Program-made: the position numbers and the translations under genes | Notes under the pieces: generated by a model | Seen by the model: the letters and a program-made list of their open reading frames with translations, nothing else | Database searches by the model: none | Told to the model about the DNA's origin: nothing | IMG/VR virus record: IMGVR_UViG_3300048909_000109 | Strand: one strand, 5' to 3' | DNA length: 64,000 nt | Source: a virus | Shown: in pieces, positions 9,292-18,428 of the stretch | Numbering within the stretch: the first letter of the stretch is position 1 | How the letters are laid out: the number at the start of each line of letters is the position of its first letter

Positions 9292-10905
9292 CTATTGCAA
9301 TCGATCATAGAACGCTTCAGTGATCGACTTCTTCCGTTTTACACTTGCTTCTATATCCGTGTCAATAGACTTCCGTACCATCAAGAGAAAAAAGTCGGCT
9401 GGGGCAAATTGTTCAATAAAGTCAAGGCGTGACAGCATCTGGTCGTAGTCGATGTAGGAGTGGCCCATCGAATAGACAAACGCTTTCCTGGCACGGTATA
9501 GATCAACGCCGACGCCACCGGTTCGTTGTTGGCACACCATCCAGTTCAGTTTGCCCTGCTGGAAGTCGAGGAGCATGTTCGTCCGTCGCTTGTCCCGCTT
9601 GATGTCTTTGACCTTGCCCCAGAGCTTTGCACCTCGACCCAGATCCATGCGTTCAAGGATCGAGGCGAGCATGTGAACCTCGTGCGTATACTTGCAGAAG
9701 ACCACGAACGGTTCCGTGCAACCGAACGCCCCGTCAATCTTCTCGCGTATCAGCTTCCGAAGGATCCTGCGCTTAGTCGTGCCGATCCAGTGAACCTCAC
9801 CTTCCTCGTCCTTAATGTATCCACCGGTGATCTGCTGCAGTTTACCGATCTGAGTTATCTTGAGGGGAGTCTTGACCGCTTTGCCTTTGATCTTCACGAC
9901 CATGTTCTTCTCGAGCTTGCGGTACTTACGGTCTTCCTGTGGATCCAGATCGAATAGAACTCTGTGGACATTGGCCGGAGTGATGCCCGCATCTTGCTTG
10001 GAGATACGCATCACATGGGGACTGATCAGCTCAGCGAACTCATCTACTCGATCCTCACGCATCGGTGCCTTGCGCTTAGCGATCTGGTAGGCGAGCATCA
10101 TCTTCTGTCGCTGGATGACGCCCTTCGCTTTGGATATGTCAATGCTCGGTTTGACAAGGAAGTGTTCTTCGAAGTCGCCCCACTTATCACCGAGGACCTC
10201 GACATCAACGAAGCGCATGATTGCCCACAGATCTTTCGGATCTAGATCCATAGGTGTTCCGGTCAACGCGAGTCTGCGCTTAGCGCTTTTCGCTATGTGC
10301 GCTGCGTCCTTCGAGGACTGTGAGGTGCGGTTCTTGAGGCGTTGCGCTTCATCCCATATGAAACGATCCCACTTGCGCCTACGGAGCTTGTCACGGATCG
10401 GCGTGACCTGCTCGGGGTTCAGCAGTAGGATGCGGTGCTTGTTCGGATATTTCTTGCGGTGTGCGTCATAGCTCTCAAGGCTACGGTGCACCGAGTACCA
10501 AGGCAGACGTTCCCGTAGGAACTTTCCCCAGGTGCTTTCTAAATTGGTCAGTGGCCCAACGAGCAGAACGTCGAGGGACACGTTTCTTTCTATTGTTAGG
10601 ACTACGCCCGTAACCCAAGTCTTCCCCGTGCGTTGAGCGAAGAGTGCGGCAAATCCATTTGTAGAGACGATCGCCTCGACGCCTCTTCTCTGGTGACGCC
10701 GTAGCTGCTTTAACCAGGGATACTGCTTGCGAAGGACTTTCCACGATACACGCGACCGCCGCCTGTTCCCTCCACTCAGCGAGAGTCTCGAGTTGAAGTT
10801 CTGAAGGCTTTCCGGTGAGAGGGACTTTGACTTCGAAGCCAAAGAAGAGGCCATCAACGCAACCGATGATGTCCGGTTGGCCACTTTCCTGGAACGCCGA
10901 GCCAT
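9292..10905 (-). CDS. SNF2-family DNA helicase (start uncertain)
   Basis: QRTGKT, WDEAQRLKN, ALTGTP, GGVGVDL, YDQMLSR motifs. Confidence 0.9.
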   Translation of the reverse strand: MARRSRKVANRTSSVALMASSLASKSKSLSPESLQNFNSRLSLSGGNRRRSRVSWKVLRKQYPWLKQLRRHQRRGVEAIVSTNGFAALFAQRTGKTWVTGVVLTIERNVSLDVLLVGPLTNLESTWGKFLRERLPWYSVHRSLESYDAHRKKYPNKHRILLLNPEQVTPIRDKLRRRKWDRFIWDEAQRLKNRTSQSSKDAAHIAKSAKRRLALTGTPMDLDPKDLWAIMRFVDVEVLGDKWGDFEEHFLVKPSIDISKAKGVIQRQKMMLAYQIAKRKAPMREDRVDEFAELISPHVMRISKQDAGITPANVHRVLFDLDPQEDRKYRKLEKNMVVKIKGKAVKTPLKITQIGKLQQITGGYIKDEEGEVHWIGTTKRRILRKLIREKIDGAFGCTEPFVVFCKYTHEVHMLASILERMDLGRGAKLWGKVKDIKRDKRRTNMLLDFQQGKLNWMVCQQRTGGVGVDLYRARKAFVYSMGHSYIDYDQMLSRLDFIEQFAPADFFLLMVRKSIDTDIEASVKRKKSITEAFYDRLQ

Positions 10906-10990
10906 GAACCTTAAACCACTTGCCCCCGCACTCCTTGAGCAGCGCCTTCCTGATGCGTTGCTGGAGCCGGGTTTCTGTTTTCTTGCTCAA
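10481..10990 (-). CDS. VRR-NUC domain nuclease
   Basis: GQPDII...FGFEVKVP...PSELQ...W motif; C-terminal tail overlaps helicase gene. Confidence 0.85.
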   Translation of the reverse strand: MSKKTETRLQQRIRKALLKECGGKWFKVHGSAFQESGQPDIIGCVDGLFFGFEVKVPLTGKPSELQLETLAEWREQAAVACIVESPSQAVSLVKAATASPEKRRRGDRLYKWICRTLRSTHGEDLGYGRSPNNRKKRVPRRSARWATDQFRKHLGKVPTGTSALVLGAP

Positions 10991-11008
10991 GGTTCATGGC
11001 CCGAACGG

Positions 11009-11125
11009 TTAGAAGAGAAGCGCGCCGACGAGAATGCCGGCGAGCCCACAGATGATGCCCGCGAGAACGAGGTGACCGGTTGCCCAAGTCTTCGCTCTGC
11101 TCACATCGTCGTTCCAGTTAGCCAT
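11009..11125 (-). CDS. 38-aa membrane peptide (not in ORF track)
   Basis: MANWNDDVSRAKTWATGHLVLAGIICGLAGILVGALLF, overlapping the upstream stop. Confidence 0.45.
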   Translation of the reverse strand: MANWNDDVSRAKTWATGHLVLAGIICGLAGILVGALLF

Positions 11126-11312
11126 CGGTGGCTCCTTTCATGGCGAACTTAAGTGTCACGGTCCGCATTTGGAAGTCATCTTGTATTTCGTCTTCCGAAT
11201 ACGTGACCGCCTGTGGGATGACTTCGCCAGACTTCAATCCCGCAGTAATTGCTTCGAACTGCTCGGTGAGACGTTCACGGTCAAGACCGAACGGAAACTT
11301 TCTTACGCTCAT
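11118..11312 (-). CDS. Hypothetical protein
   Basis: 64 aa ORF with GGAG RBS, within operon. Confidence 0.55.
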   Translation of the reverse strand: MSVRKFPFGLDRERLTEQFEAITAGLKSGEVIPQAVTYSEDEIQDDFQMRTVTLKFAMKGATDG

Positions 11313-11325
11313 GGTATGCTCCTAG

Positions 11326-11356
11326 AAAAAGGGCGCCGGTATGACCCGACGCCCTT
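11326..11356 (-). terminator. Intrinsic terminator after SSB-like gene
   Basis: GGGCGTCGG/CCGGCGCCC stem plus TTTTT on minus strand. Confidence 0.75.
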
Positions 11357-11371
11357 CCCCGGAAGATGGGA

Positions 11372-12319
11372 TTACTCGTCTTCGAGCAGATCCTCGTCTT
11401 CAAGCGCGTCGATCACTGCCTCGCGCTTTTTGCCGATCTTCTTGTGATCGTCCAGATCGACGTCCAGATCATGTTCGTCGATGAGCTCCTGGAGGTCATC
11501 TTCGTCCATGTCTTCCACGTCGTCGCGGTCGATCTTCTTGGGCTTCTTCTTGCCGCCCTTGCCCGACTTCTTCGAGGACTTCTTGTCATCCTCGTCCTCG
11601 TCGTCATCGTCGTCCTTGGACTTCTTGCCCTTGCCGGACTTCTTGGACTTCGACGATTTCTTGTCGTCCTCGTCGTCATCCCCGTCGCCGTCGTCGAGCA
11701 GGTCGGCTTCCTCGAGCGCCTCGATCACCGCGGCGATCTTCTTCGGCAGCTTCTTGTGATCGTCGAGGTCGACTTCGTCCTCCAGGTCGTGCTCCTCGAG
11801 CAGTTCCTGCAGTTCGTCCTCGTCCATTTCCTCGACGTCCGAGCGGCTGACCTTCTTGGACTTCGACTTCTTGCCGGCGCCCTTCTTGCCCTTGCCGCCC
11901 TTCTCGTCGTCATCGCCGCCCGAGTAGTTGTCGATGCTGTCGAAGTCGGTGAGCTTGGCGCGCTTCCGGCCGTTGTAGGTCTCGTGGGTGAGAACACCGA
12001 CGAACTCCTTGTCGACCAGCTCGGACAGATCGATGTCCATCTCGTCCTCGGGCACTTCCTCGCCGAGGGCAGTCAGGAAAGCGTGAAGCTTCCACAGGCT
12101 GTTCTCCTGCAAGGGGAAGTAGATATACCCCTTGTAGCCCTTGTACTCGCCCTTGTAGATTTCGGCGGTGACCTCGATCTGGTCGTTCTTGTTGGACGAC
12201 ACACCGCTCACGGCCTCAAGGACCTTGAACGGATAATCGCCCTCTGCCGGTGTCTGCCGGCTTTCGACGCCCTTGAAGTTTACCTTCACCGACGACGATT
12301 TGGCTTTCCTACGTGCCAT
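11372..12319 (-). CDS. DUF669-like ssDNA-binding protein with duplicated acidic helical C-terminal module
   Basis: N-terminal OB-like region (GDYPFKV...NSLWKL...DLSELVDKEF); two copies of DVE(E/D)MDED(E/D)LQEL..EHDL..DLDDHKK. Confidence 0.7.
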   Translation of the reverse strand: MARRKAKSSSVKVNFKGVESRQTPAEGDYPFKVLEAVSGVSSNKNDQIEVTAEIYKGEYKGYKGYIYFPLQENSLWKLHAFLTALGEEVPEDEMDIDLSELVDKEFVGVLTHETYNGRKRAKLTDFDSIDNYSGGDDDEKGGKGKKGAGKKSKSKKVSRSDVEEMDEDELQELLEEHDLEDEVDLDDHKKLPKKIAAVIEALEEADLLDDGDGDDDEDDKKSSKSKKSGKGKKSKDDDDDEDEDDKKSSKKSGKGGKKKPKKIDRDDVEDMDEDDLQELIDEHDLDVDLDDHKKIGKKREAVIDALEDEDLLEDE

Positions 12320-12321
12320 GT

Positions 12322-13137
12322 TCAGTCTTTTCCTTTCACGATGTCTATGATCTTCCGGTACGTGGGATCTACGATGAAATCCGGAGCCTCGATCCCCTTG
12401 GGCTTACGGATCTTCGTGGTGTAGACCTCGTTCGGGCCTAACCGCAAACAGAATTGTTTCTTGATAACCTTCTCGGTCTTGCCGTCGACTTTCTTCTTGG
12501 TCACCTTGATGCGAATGAAGGTATTGCCGACGATGTTGACACTGGCGCATAGGTCCTTGTTCACGGACGGCATCAGCTTGGTGCCAACCTCGGGAGCAAG
12601 CTGATCGACGCCATCGTCTTCTTCGTCCCCTGCGTTGAAGACGCGCTCCTGAGCAATGAATACAGAGTTCACTGGGAGTGCGCGGATATCCATGATGACC
12701 TTGATGAGGTCACCACTGATCTTTCCCCAATCCTGACGCGTAAGGACGCCGAAGTCTCCGGCGCGTTTGCCCTTTGGTATTTTCTTGGTTGCGCCCATTT
12801 CTTCTGTGAGCACTCGTTGAAGCTGTGACATCGTATCCAGAACGACGGTCTTATAGACCAGCTTGCCCTTCGACGCCTTCTTGTGGAGCCAGAGGATCTG
12901 CTCTAGCAGGTCTTCACTGGTTTCGATGTCCACCGCATCGATCCCTTCGACATCGCTGATGGACTCTTCGCCGTTGTCCTTGATGTTCAGGTAGAGAATG
13001 GGCTTCGGCCACGACGCGGCGAGTGTCGTCTTGCCGGTACCACTTCGACCGTATAGTGCAGCAGATGAATTCCGTTTGACTTCGCTGATAGGCTTAGCGC
13101 CAGGAGCGCGGTCTTCTTTGCGAACGGTTGTCGCCAT
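12322..13137 (-). CDS. AAA_24 / Sak4-like ATPase (recombination/annealing)
   Basis: GRSGTGKT Walker A, VVLDT Walker B, FIAQE. Confidence 0.8.
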   Translation of the reverse strand: MATTVRKEDRAPGAKPISEVKRNSSAALYGRSGTGKTTLAASWPKPILYLNIKDNGEESISDVEGIDAVDIETSEDLLEQILWLHKKASKGKLVYKTVVLDTMSQLQRVLTEEMGATKKIPKGKRAGDFGVLTRQDWGKISGDLIKVIMDIRALPVNSVFIAQERVFNAGDEEDDGVDQLAPEVGTKLMPSVNKDLCASVNIVGNTFIRIKVTKKKVDGKTEKVIKKQFCLRLGPNEVYTTKIRKPKGIEAPDFIVDPTYRKIIDIVKGKD

Positions 13138-13168
13138 GTGTCGATTTACCTTTCCGGGGTAGGTTGGT

Positions 13169-13197
13169 CGTTCTACAGCAAACCTACCCCGAAGTCA
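13169..13197 (-). promoter_or_regulatory. Promoter with 11-bp inverted repeat
   Basis: TTGACT-17-TAGAAC (minus); arms CGGGGTAGGTT / AACCTACCCCG at 13155-13191. Confidence 0.55.
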
Positions 13198-13201
13198 ACC
13201 C

Positions 13202-14383
13202 CTAGTCCTCGGTCCGGTCCTTGTTTTCACGCTTGTGACTGAGGTCCTCGGACTGATACTCACGCTTGAGCAACCACTCGAGGTCGGAGTCCTTCACCTC
13301 AGCCTCGCACAGGAGCTGATAATCGCACCACGAGCAGTGCCTGCCGATGTTCTGATCGGTTTTCTTGCCGAAGTTATCCTGGATTTCTTTTGCCGTATCG
13401 ACAAAGTCATTCCAGATATTGTCGACCACTCGAGGCTTGACTGGACTAAAGACACGAATGAACCGGTTACGCCTGTTCGCTTCCGCGTCGGCAAGCATCT
13501 TCTTGAAGTCCTTGGGTTTATGACCCTCCTCTTCGATCCACGCATTTACGCGGGACGGTAGCGTATCTATGCGAGCCTGACTGATCTTGCCTGTGGCGGT
13601 CAATTCACCGGGAACATTGCACGGCTTGCTGCTGACATAGTCCCACAGAACGCCGTCGAGTGTGGGAAATCCCATTTCCTCAGCAGCACGGAAGTAGACT
13701 GATCCCTGCACCGACCTCCACCGCTCATGCTCGCTCGGCATACGGTTGAACGTCTTGTGTTCCATAATCCACTTCATCTTACGGGCACGAACGACCGCGT
13801 CGATCTTCCCAGTAAACCAGAGCCCATCGTCCAGTTCGATGCGGAACTCATACTCACTGCTTCGTCCGTCATGAACGATTGGCTTGATCGATCCTTCCCA
13901 ATACTCGAAGTAGTCCTCCATGATGTATTCGATGTCTTTGAGGATGTTCCCATACATTTCTCGTTCCTTGCGGAACATGGGACCGAGTTCCTTCTCGAGC
14001 TTACGAAGAACCTTGCGCCACTTCTTGCCTTCCATGTGAGCCTCGATCACTTCGTGAACGATGGACCCGAACATGAGTGGCCGTGTTTTCTTTTTCTTTT
14101 GGATGCCGAGCACGAACTTGTTATGGAACGCTCGCCGACAGTTCCTGTAGGTTTTCACCTTTGATTGGCTGATGTTGATCTGGCCATCGGCCATCAACAC
14201 CCGGCTGTGATCGTGCTCGGGAGCCTCCTTCCACTCAGGCCCCTTGTTGTGGCCTATTCCAACTCGAGCTGCAGCTGCCGCGGTCGGTGTGAGGATGAAC
14301 TGCGCTTCTCTTTGCTTACGCGCTGCTCGACGATCTTTGATTGTTCCTCTAGCCACTTCTTCAGTCCCTTTCCGGTGCTCCAT
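13202..14383 (-). CDS. PD-(D/E)XK Cas4-like exonuclease (alternative start 14194)
   Basis: ISQSKVKTY..C, GSIVH, GKIDAV, IMEHKT, HCSWCDYQLLC. Confidence 0.85.
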   Translation of the reverse strand: MEHRKGTEEVARGTIKDRRAARKQREAQFILTPTAAAAARVGIGHNKGPEWKEAPEHDHSRVLMADGQINISQSKVKTYRNCRRAFHNKFVLGIQKKKKTRPLMFGSIVHEVIEAHMEGKKWRKVLRKLEKELGPMFRKEREMYGNILKDIEYIMEDYFEYWEGSIKPIVHDGRSSEYEFRIELDDGLWFTGKIDAVVRARKMKWIMEHKTFNRMPSEHERWRSVQGSVYFRAAEEMGFPTLDGVLWDYVSSKPCNVPGELTATGKISQARIDTLPSRVNAWIEEEGHKPKDFKKMLADAEANRRNRFIRVFSPVKPRVVDNIWNDFVDTAKEIQDNFGKKTDQNIGRHCSWCDYQLLCEAEVKDSDLEWLLKREYQSEDLSHKRENKDRTED

Positions 14384-16857
14384 GCGCCGATCTTCGCCTC
14401 AGCCTCAATCGGAACGCTCATTTCAATCTCGAAGTCTTCGAGTAGGTCAGGATGCGACATAATCTCGAGTCCGCGGTTATATACGTGCTCGACCATATCA
14501 ATCCGAACCCACATCAGGATCGCATCGTGAACTGTCCCACAGATGCGGAACCATGCTTTCTTGAACTCACGCCGCATTTGTAACGCAGCCATGAGGTTAA
14601 GCTCATTAGCGAAGCTTTGAACAGGAGAATTGATTGCCTGACGTTGGGCTTCTCTTCTTTCTGGGGTATCTCGACCTCCCATCGCAGCAGGTAGGCGCCG
14701 TTTCCGTCCGGAGAGGGACCGCACATAACCGTTGACCTGAGCAAAACGCCGCTGTTTATCGTGCCATGCTGTGAAACTAGGATAAAGCTCGAAGAAAGCT
14801 TCCCTACTCGCTTGCGCCTCAGCATCATTCACCTCCACTCCGTAGTTGTCGCGAGCGTAGATCTTGAACTTCTTCCACCACATACCGTAGAGGTATCCGA
14901 AGTTGATCGCCTTCGCCTTCTTCCTGGTTTCCTTCCAGTCCATGAAGGGTTCGAGTGCTTTCGTCTCGGCCCACTTCGCCACAGTCTCGACTGCTTCGTC
15001 GCCGCCCATCTTCAGGACGTATTCGATAGCCTCACTGTAACCCATCTTGACGCCACCACTGTGGAGCTTGGCAGTCTTGATGACTTCCTTCTTGTATCCA
15101 CCGCCGCGTTCAATCTCTCGGATCGCAGTCTCCCAGTGGGGATCACCACCATTGACGAACACCCGTAGGAGGTTGAACTCGTTGGCAAGTTCCGCAGCAA
15201 TACGCAGTTCGATCTGCGACAGGTCCATTTCGATGAGAACCCATCCCGGCGGCGCGGTGATTAGGCTGCGGATCCTTGGGTCACGAGGCACCTGCTGAAG
15301 GTTCGGGTTCTCACATGATAGTCGACCGGTGACCGTGCCGTGTAACTTGAAGCTCGGATGCAGTCGACCCTCTAGGTCAATGTAAGGCTTCCAACCCTCA
15401 ATGAAGAATGATAGCTGTTGCTTGTGACCACGATACTTGAGCAGGTCACCGACCATGGGGTGATCGATCTGCTTGAGCACAGACTCTGCTGTGCTGTATC
15501 CGGTCTTCGTCTTCCACTCAGCGAGAGGCTTGATCTTGAGCTGATTGAACAGAAGGTCGGCAAGCTGCTGTGGTGATCCCCAGTTGATCTTGCCTTTGTT
15601 CGCGCCCTTCTTGTCAACGAGGACAGCTTTCTTGGCCCACTTCTCAAGGTTCTTCTCGGCCTTAGCTAATTCTTCACGAAGATAAATCTCGGCATCGTCC
15701 ATCTTGTCGAGGTCAACAGCGACGCCATTGAACTCAGCCTCAATGAACATTTTGATGCAGGGTACCATGATGAGCTTGTAGACTCGACGAGTATCATGAT
15801 CCTCGTTGAGCATCTTGCGAAGCACTGCTCGGAGCTTGCGCGTATAGTAGACGTCATGTGCGGCATACTTGGCGTTCGCCGGCGACCAGGATGTTTTCTC
15901 CTTCCCGTCGATGTTCCAGTCAGGAGCACCGAGAAACTTCTGTGCAAGATATTTCAGGTCATGGCGATCATTCTCGTCCAGCATATAGTGAGCGAGCATG
16001 GTGTCATCATCGACTGTCCACTTGACGCCGAAGCGAACAAGCATCCACAGGCAATCGAACTTCCCGTTGTGGAATACATTCTTGCACTTCCGCAATTTGC
16101 GGGTAACGAGTTTGACAATCTTCTCGAGTTGCTTGCGGGTCCATATACCCGCCGTTTCCATCGGCACAACCCACTGACGTTTCCGACAACCGAACTGCAT
16201 AGCCACGACACGTGGTAGGTTGTTCGACCCGTGAGTTTCTTTGTGCTGACGCAGCAACTCCTTCGACGCACGACCAGACTCGATCAGCTCGTCCTGCATC
16301 GTTGTGAAGGGGTAGAGGCGCGATGTTTCGAGGTCGGTAGCGACTAGACCGGTCAGGTCCTTGAGCATCGCCTTGACTTTGTCCCAGTCATCGACGATCT
16401 GATAGTCGAGGCCTCGTTCTTCAGGTATGCCACCGAACTTCACGCAGTCGGCCAGACGTTTGATGTCGGCCTGGATAACGTCGATCCACTTGTCATCGTG
16501 GAGTGCTTGGTTGGGGTGAAGGATCGGCAGGAATACGCGACCATTCTCTTCGAAAGGTTTGCCGCGTAACTTGGTGATGCCTGTCTTGTCGAGTACCGCC
16601 TGACAGGGAGTGTTGCCCATGAGCACAACGAACCGAGGATCCTTGCGGTCGAGCTTTGACAGGATCTTCGGTCGAGCGTTTTTCACCATCGTCTTGGTGA
16701 TGTTCTTGCCTTCAGGTGGCGACATTTCCAAGACGTTAGCCCACCGGAAATCGTCCTCCTCGAAGCCAGCCTCCAGCATGGCCTCCATCAGGATTTTCTT
16801 GGCACGTGGATTGATGTCGGGACTTTCCCCGACGACCATGACTTCCTTGCGACTCAC
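14254..16857 (-). CDS. polA: Family A DNA polymerase with N-terminal UDG-like domain
   Basis: VVGESP and LPILHP (UDG4-like); DLETS, NGKFD, YAAHD (3'-5' exonuclease); DLSQIELR, KAINFG..YG, VHDAI (polymerase motifs A/B/C). Confidence 0.95.
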   Translation of the reverse strand: MSRKEVMVVGESPDINPRAKKILMEAMLEAGFEEDDFRWANVLEMSPPEGKNITKTMVKNARPKILSKLDRKDPRFVVLMGNTPCQAVLDKTGITKLRGKPFEENGRVFLPILHPNQALHDDKWIDVIQADIKRLADCVKFGGIPEERGLDYQIVDDWDKVKAMLKDLTGLVATDLETSRLYPFTTMQDELIESGRASKELLRQHKETHGSNNLPRVVAMQFGCRKRQWVVPMETAGIWTRKQLEKIVKLVTRKLRKCKNVFHNGKFDCLWMLVRFGVKWTVDDDTMLAHYMLDENDRHDLKYLAQKFLGAPDWNIDGKEKTSWSPANAKYAAHDVYYTRKLRAVLRKMLNEDHDTRRVYKLIMVPCIKMFIEAEFNGVAVDLDKMDDAEIYLREELAKAEKNLEKWAKKAVLVDKKGANKGKINWGSPQQLADLLFNQLKIKPLAEWKTKTGYSTAESVLKQIDHPMVGDLLKYRGHKQQLSFFIEGWKPYIDLEGRLHPSFKLHGTVTGRLSCENPNLQQVPRDPRIRSLITAPPGWVLIEMDLSQIELRIAAELANEFNLLRVFVNGGDPHWETAIREIERGGGYKKEVIKTAKLHSGGVKMGYSEAIEYVLKMGGDEAVETVAKWAETKALEPFMDWKETRKKAKAINFGYLYGMWWKKFKIYARDNYGVEVNDAEAQASREAFFELYPSFTAWHDKQRRFAQVNGYVRSLSGRKRRLPAAMGGRDTPERREAQRQAINSPVQSFANELNLMAALQMRREFKKAWFRICGTVHDAILMWVRIDMVEHVYNRGLEIMSHPDLLEDFEIEMSVPIEAEAKIGAWSTGKGLKKWLEEQSKIVEQRVSKEKRSSSSHRPRQLQLELE

Positions 16858-17360
16858 GGGAGTTCTACGACCTTTCGGGTAAAGTACTCGACAATATAAC
16901 CTGCCGGCGTGACCTCGTAAACTTCCGTTCGTCCAGTGCGTCCCGGATCATGTGGCTTCGTGTAGGAACCCTCAAACATCCCTAAGTGCTGAGTTGATCG
17001 GTAAGGGATTTCAAAGAAGATGCGACGAACCCATAGATCGGAATTGACCACAAGTAGAGAGCACGGAGAGCATGGACTGTGAGTAAGATAGAGGTCAACG
17101 TCAGTACCTGCCGGAAGTAACTCTCCAGCCTTACGGAGCGCGTTGGCCTCAGCATGGATAGCAGGACAATGGCCAGGGACCATGCCAGGACACTCATTAC
17201 CGAGGCAGTGTGGCTGACCAGACGCGGCCCCGTTATATCCAACACTAATTGGATTGTTAGCACACACCACCAGACTGCCAACATTAAGTCGACTGCACGT
17301 AGAACGCTTCGATGCTGCTCGAGCCATGTCCATGAACATATTTTCACGACTATACCTCAT
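16854..17360 (-). CDS. dCMP deaminase
   Basis: SVGYNG, HAEANAL, PCSPC zinc motifs. Confidence 0.92.
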   Translation of the reverse strand: MRYSRENMFMDMARAASKRSTCSRLNVGSLVVCANNPISVGYNGAASGQPHCLGNECPGMVPGHCPAIHAEANALRKAGELLPAGTDVDLYLTHSPCSPCSLLVVNSDLWVRRIFFEIPYRSTQHLGMFEGSYTKPHDPGRTGRTEVYEVTPAGYIVEYFTRKVVELP

Positions 17361-17367
17361 CTGCTAG

Positions 17368-17571
17368 TTATTCCTTCCACGGCGACAAACGCCATTCCTC
17401 GATCCACTCATTGTGCGCCGAACCATTGTGGATCCAGGAGCACTGATAGGTGATGTAGAGTGTGTTGCCCGTTGCAAGTCGAAAGTTTACAGCGCAGATG
17501 GTGACCGGCATATCCCTGTCGTTATCGACCGACATCCGATCACCGATGTCATATAGACAAGATAATTTCAT
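17368..17571 (-). CDS. Hypothetical protein
   Basis: 67 aa, ATGA-coupled within the nucleotide cluster. Confidence 0.5.
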   Translation of the reverse strand: MKLSCLYDIGDRMSVDNDRDMPVTICAVNFRLATGNTLYITYQCSWIHNGSAHNEWIEEWRLSPWKE

Positions 17572-18428
17572 CGGCTAGCTCCATACAGCATGTGGTAGTC
17601 ATTGCGAAAGATATGAAGTGACCCGATCTGCATAACAAACAGACCAGGGACAACATCGTTCCAGTCACTGTTGCAGAGACGACAAGCCTCGAGCATCCAC
17701 AGAACTAGGCGGACGGTAAGGTAGAGGTCGTCCCGGAAATGACGGACAAAGTCACACGAGCGGATGTGGTAGTTGATGTCGAGCTTTCCGTCTCGCATGA
17801 GAAAGTGGTAGCCAATTGTGCAAGGAGCGCGCTTCGACCCGCCGCCAGTGTCTTCGGGAAACCACACTGGAAGATAAGCCTGTCGCGTATATGGATCATT
17901 AGCAAGCAGCGCCACGACATCGCCTAGGTCTCCATAGTCATACATAATACCGTGATGAGGTCGCGGAAGTTCGATCTTTTTGCCCCATACATCCTGAGCG
18001 ACAGTCTCCCAATCGTCCCGGGCGGTTGTGGGAATATCAAACTTGCCAGCATGTTTCGGCCAATACCGCTCCATATAGTTGTGGTTAAACATACCTCGCT
18101 CATCAAGAAAGGATGCAGCTGATTTGCTGAATGGCCAATTCTGCCACTCAAGGCCCGGGTTGATTGGGGCACCACAAACTCGTTCGCGGAAGTGATCCTC
18201 AGCCCACGGCATGTTTGGTCTAATATCCGCAGCGTATAGATCCCGATCTTCGTGGGGTAGCGGAACACAGAAAGCTGTATGGGTCAGTTCGTGCGTAGCC
18301 ATCTCAGGTCGAGCAGCGATGTCAGCTCCCTGCCAACGCGCAGAATGCACAAGGCTGGACTTGTAGCGTAGGCGATGCGACAACTGCTCACAGGCTGCCG
18401 CGAACGTGGGGAATTGATAAGGCCTCAT
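17568..18428 (-). CDS. Thymidylate synthase (ThyA) superfamily enzyme, dCMP hydroxymethylase-like
   Basis: TRQA, RAPC, RSCDFVRHFRDD (Asp at the Asn177-equivalent position), GSLHIF. Confidence 0.85.
   Translation of the reverse strand: MRPYQFPTFAAACEQLSHRLRYKSSLVHSARWQGADIAARPEMATHELTHTAFCVPLPHEDRDLYAADIRPNMPWAEDHFRERVCGAPINPGLEWQNWPFSKSAASFLDERGMFNHNYMERYWPKHAGKFDIPTTARDDWETVAQDVWGKKIELPRPHHGIMYDYGDLGDVVALLANDPYTRQAYLPVWFPEDTGGGSKRAPCTIGYHFLMRDGKLDINYHIRSCDFVRHFRDDLYLTVRLVLWMLEACRLCNSDWNDVVPGLFVMQIGSLHIFRNDYHMLYGASR

Noticed and set aside
11366-12424. Long antisense/alternate-frame ORFs (e.g. 11366-12424 +, 50237-51172 -, 57651-58550 -, 44928-45752 -, 62787-63644 -)
   Set aside because: They mirror well-supported genes on the other strand; expected from high-GC codon bias; no motifs or RBSs
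13202-14383. Cas4-like nuclease as evidence of a CRISPR-Cas system
   Set aside because: No array or other cas genes; it sits in a standard phage replication/recombination module
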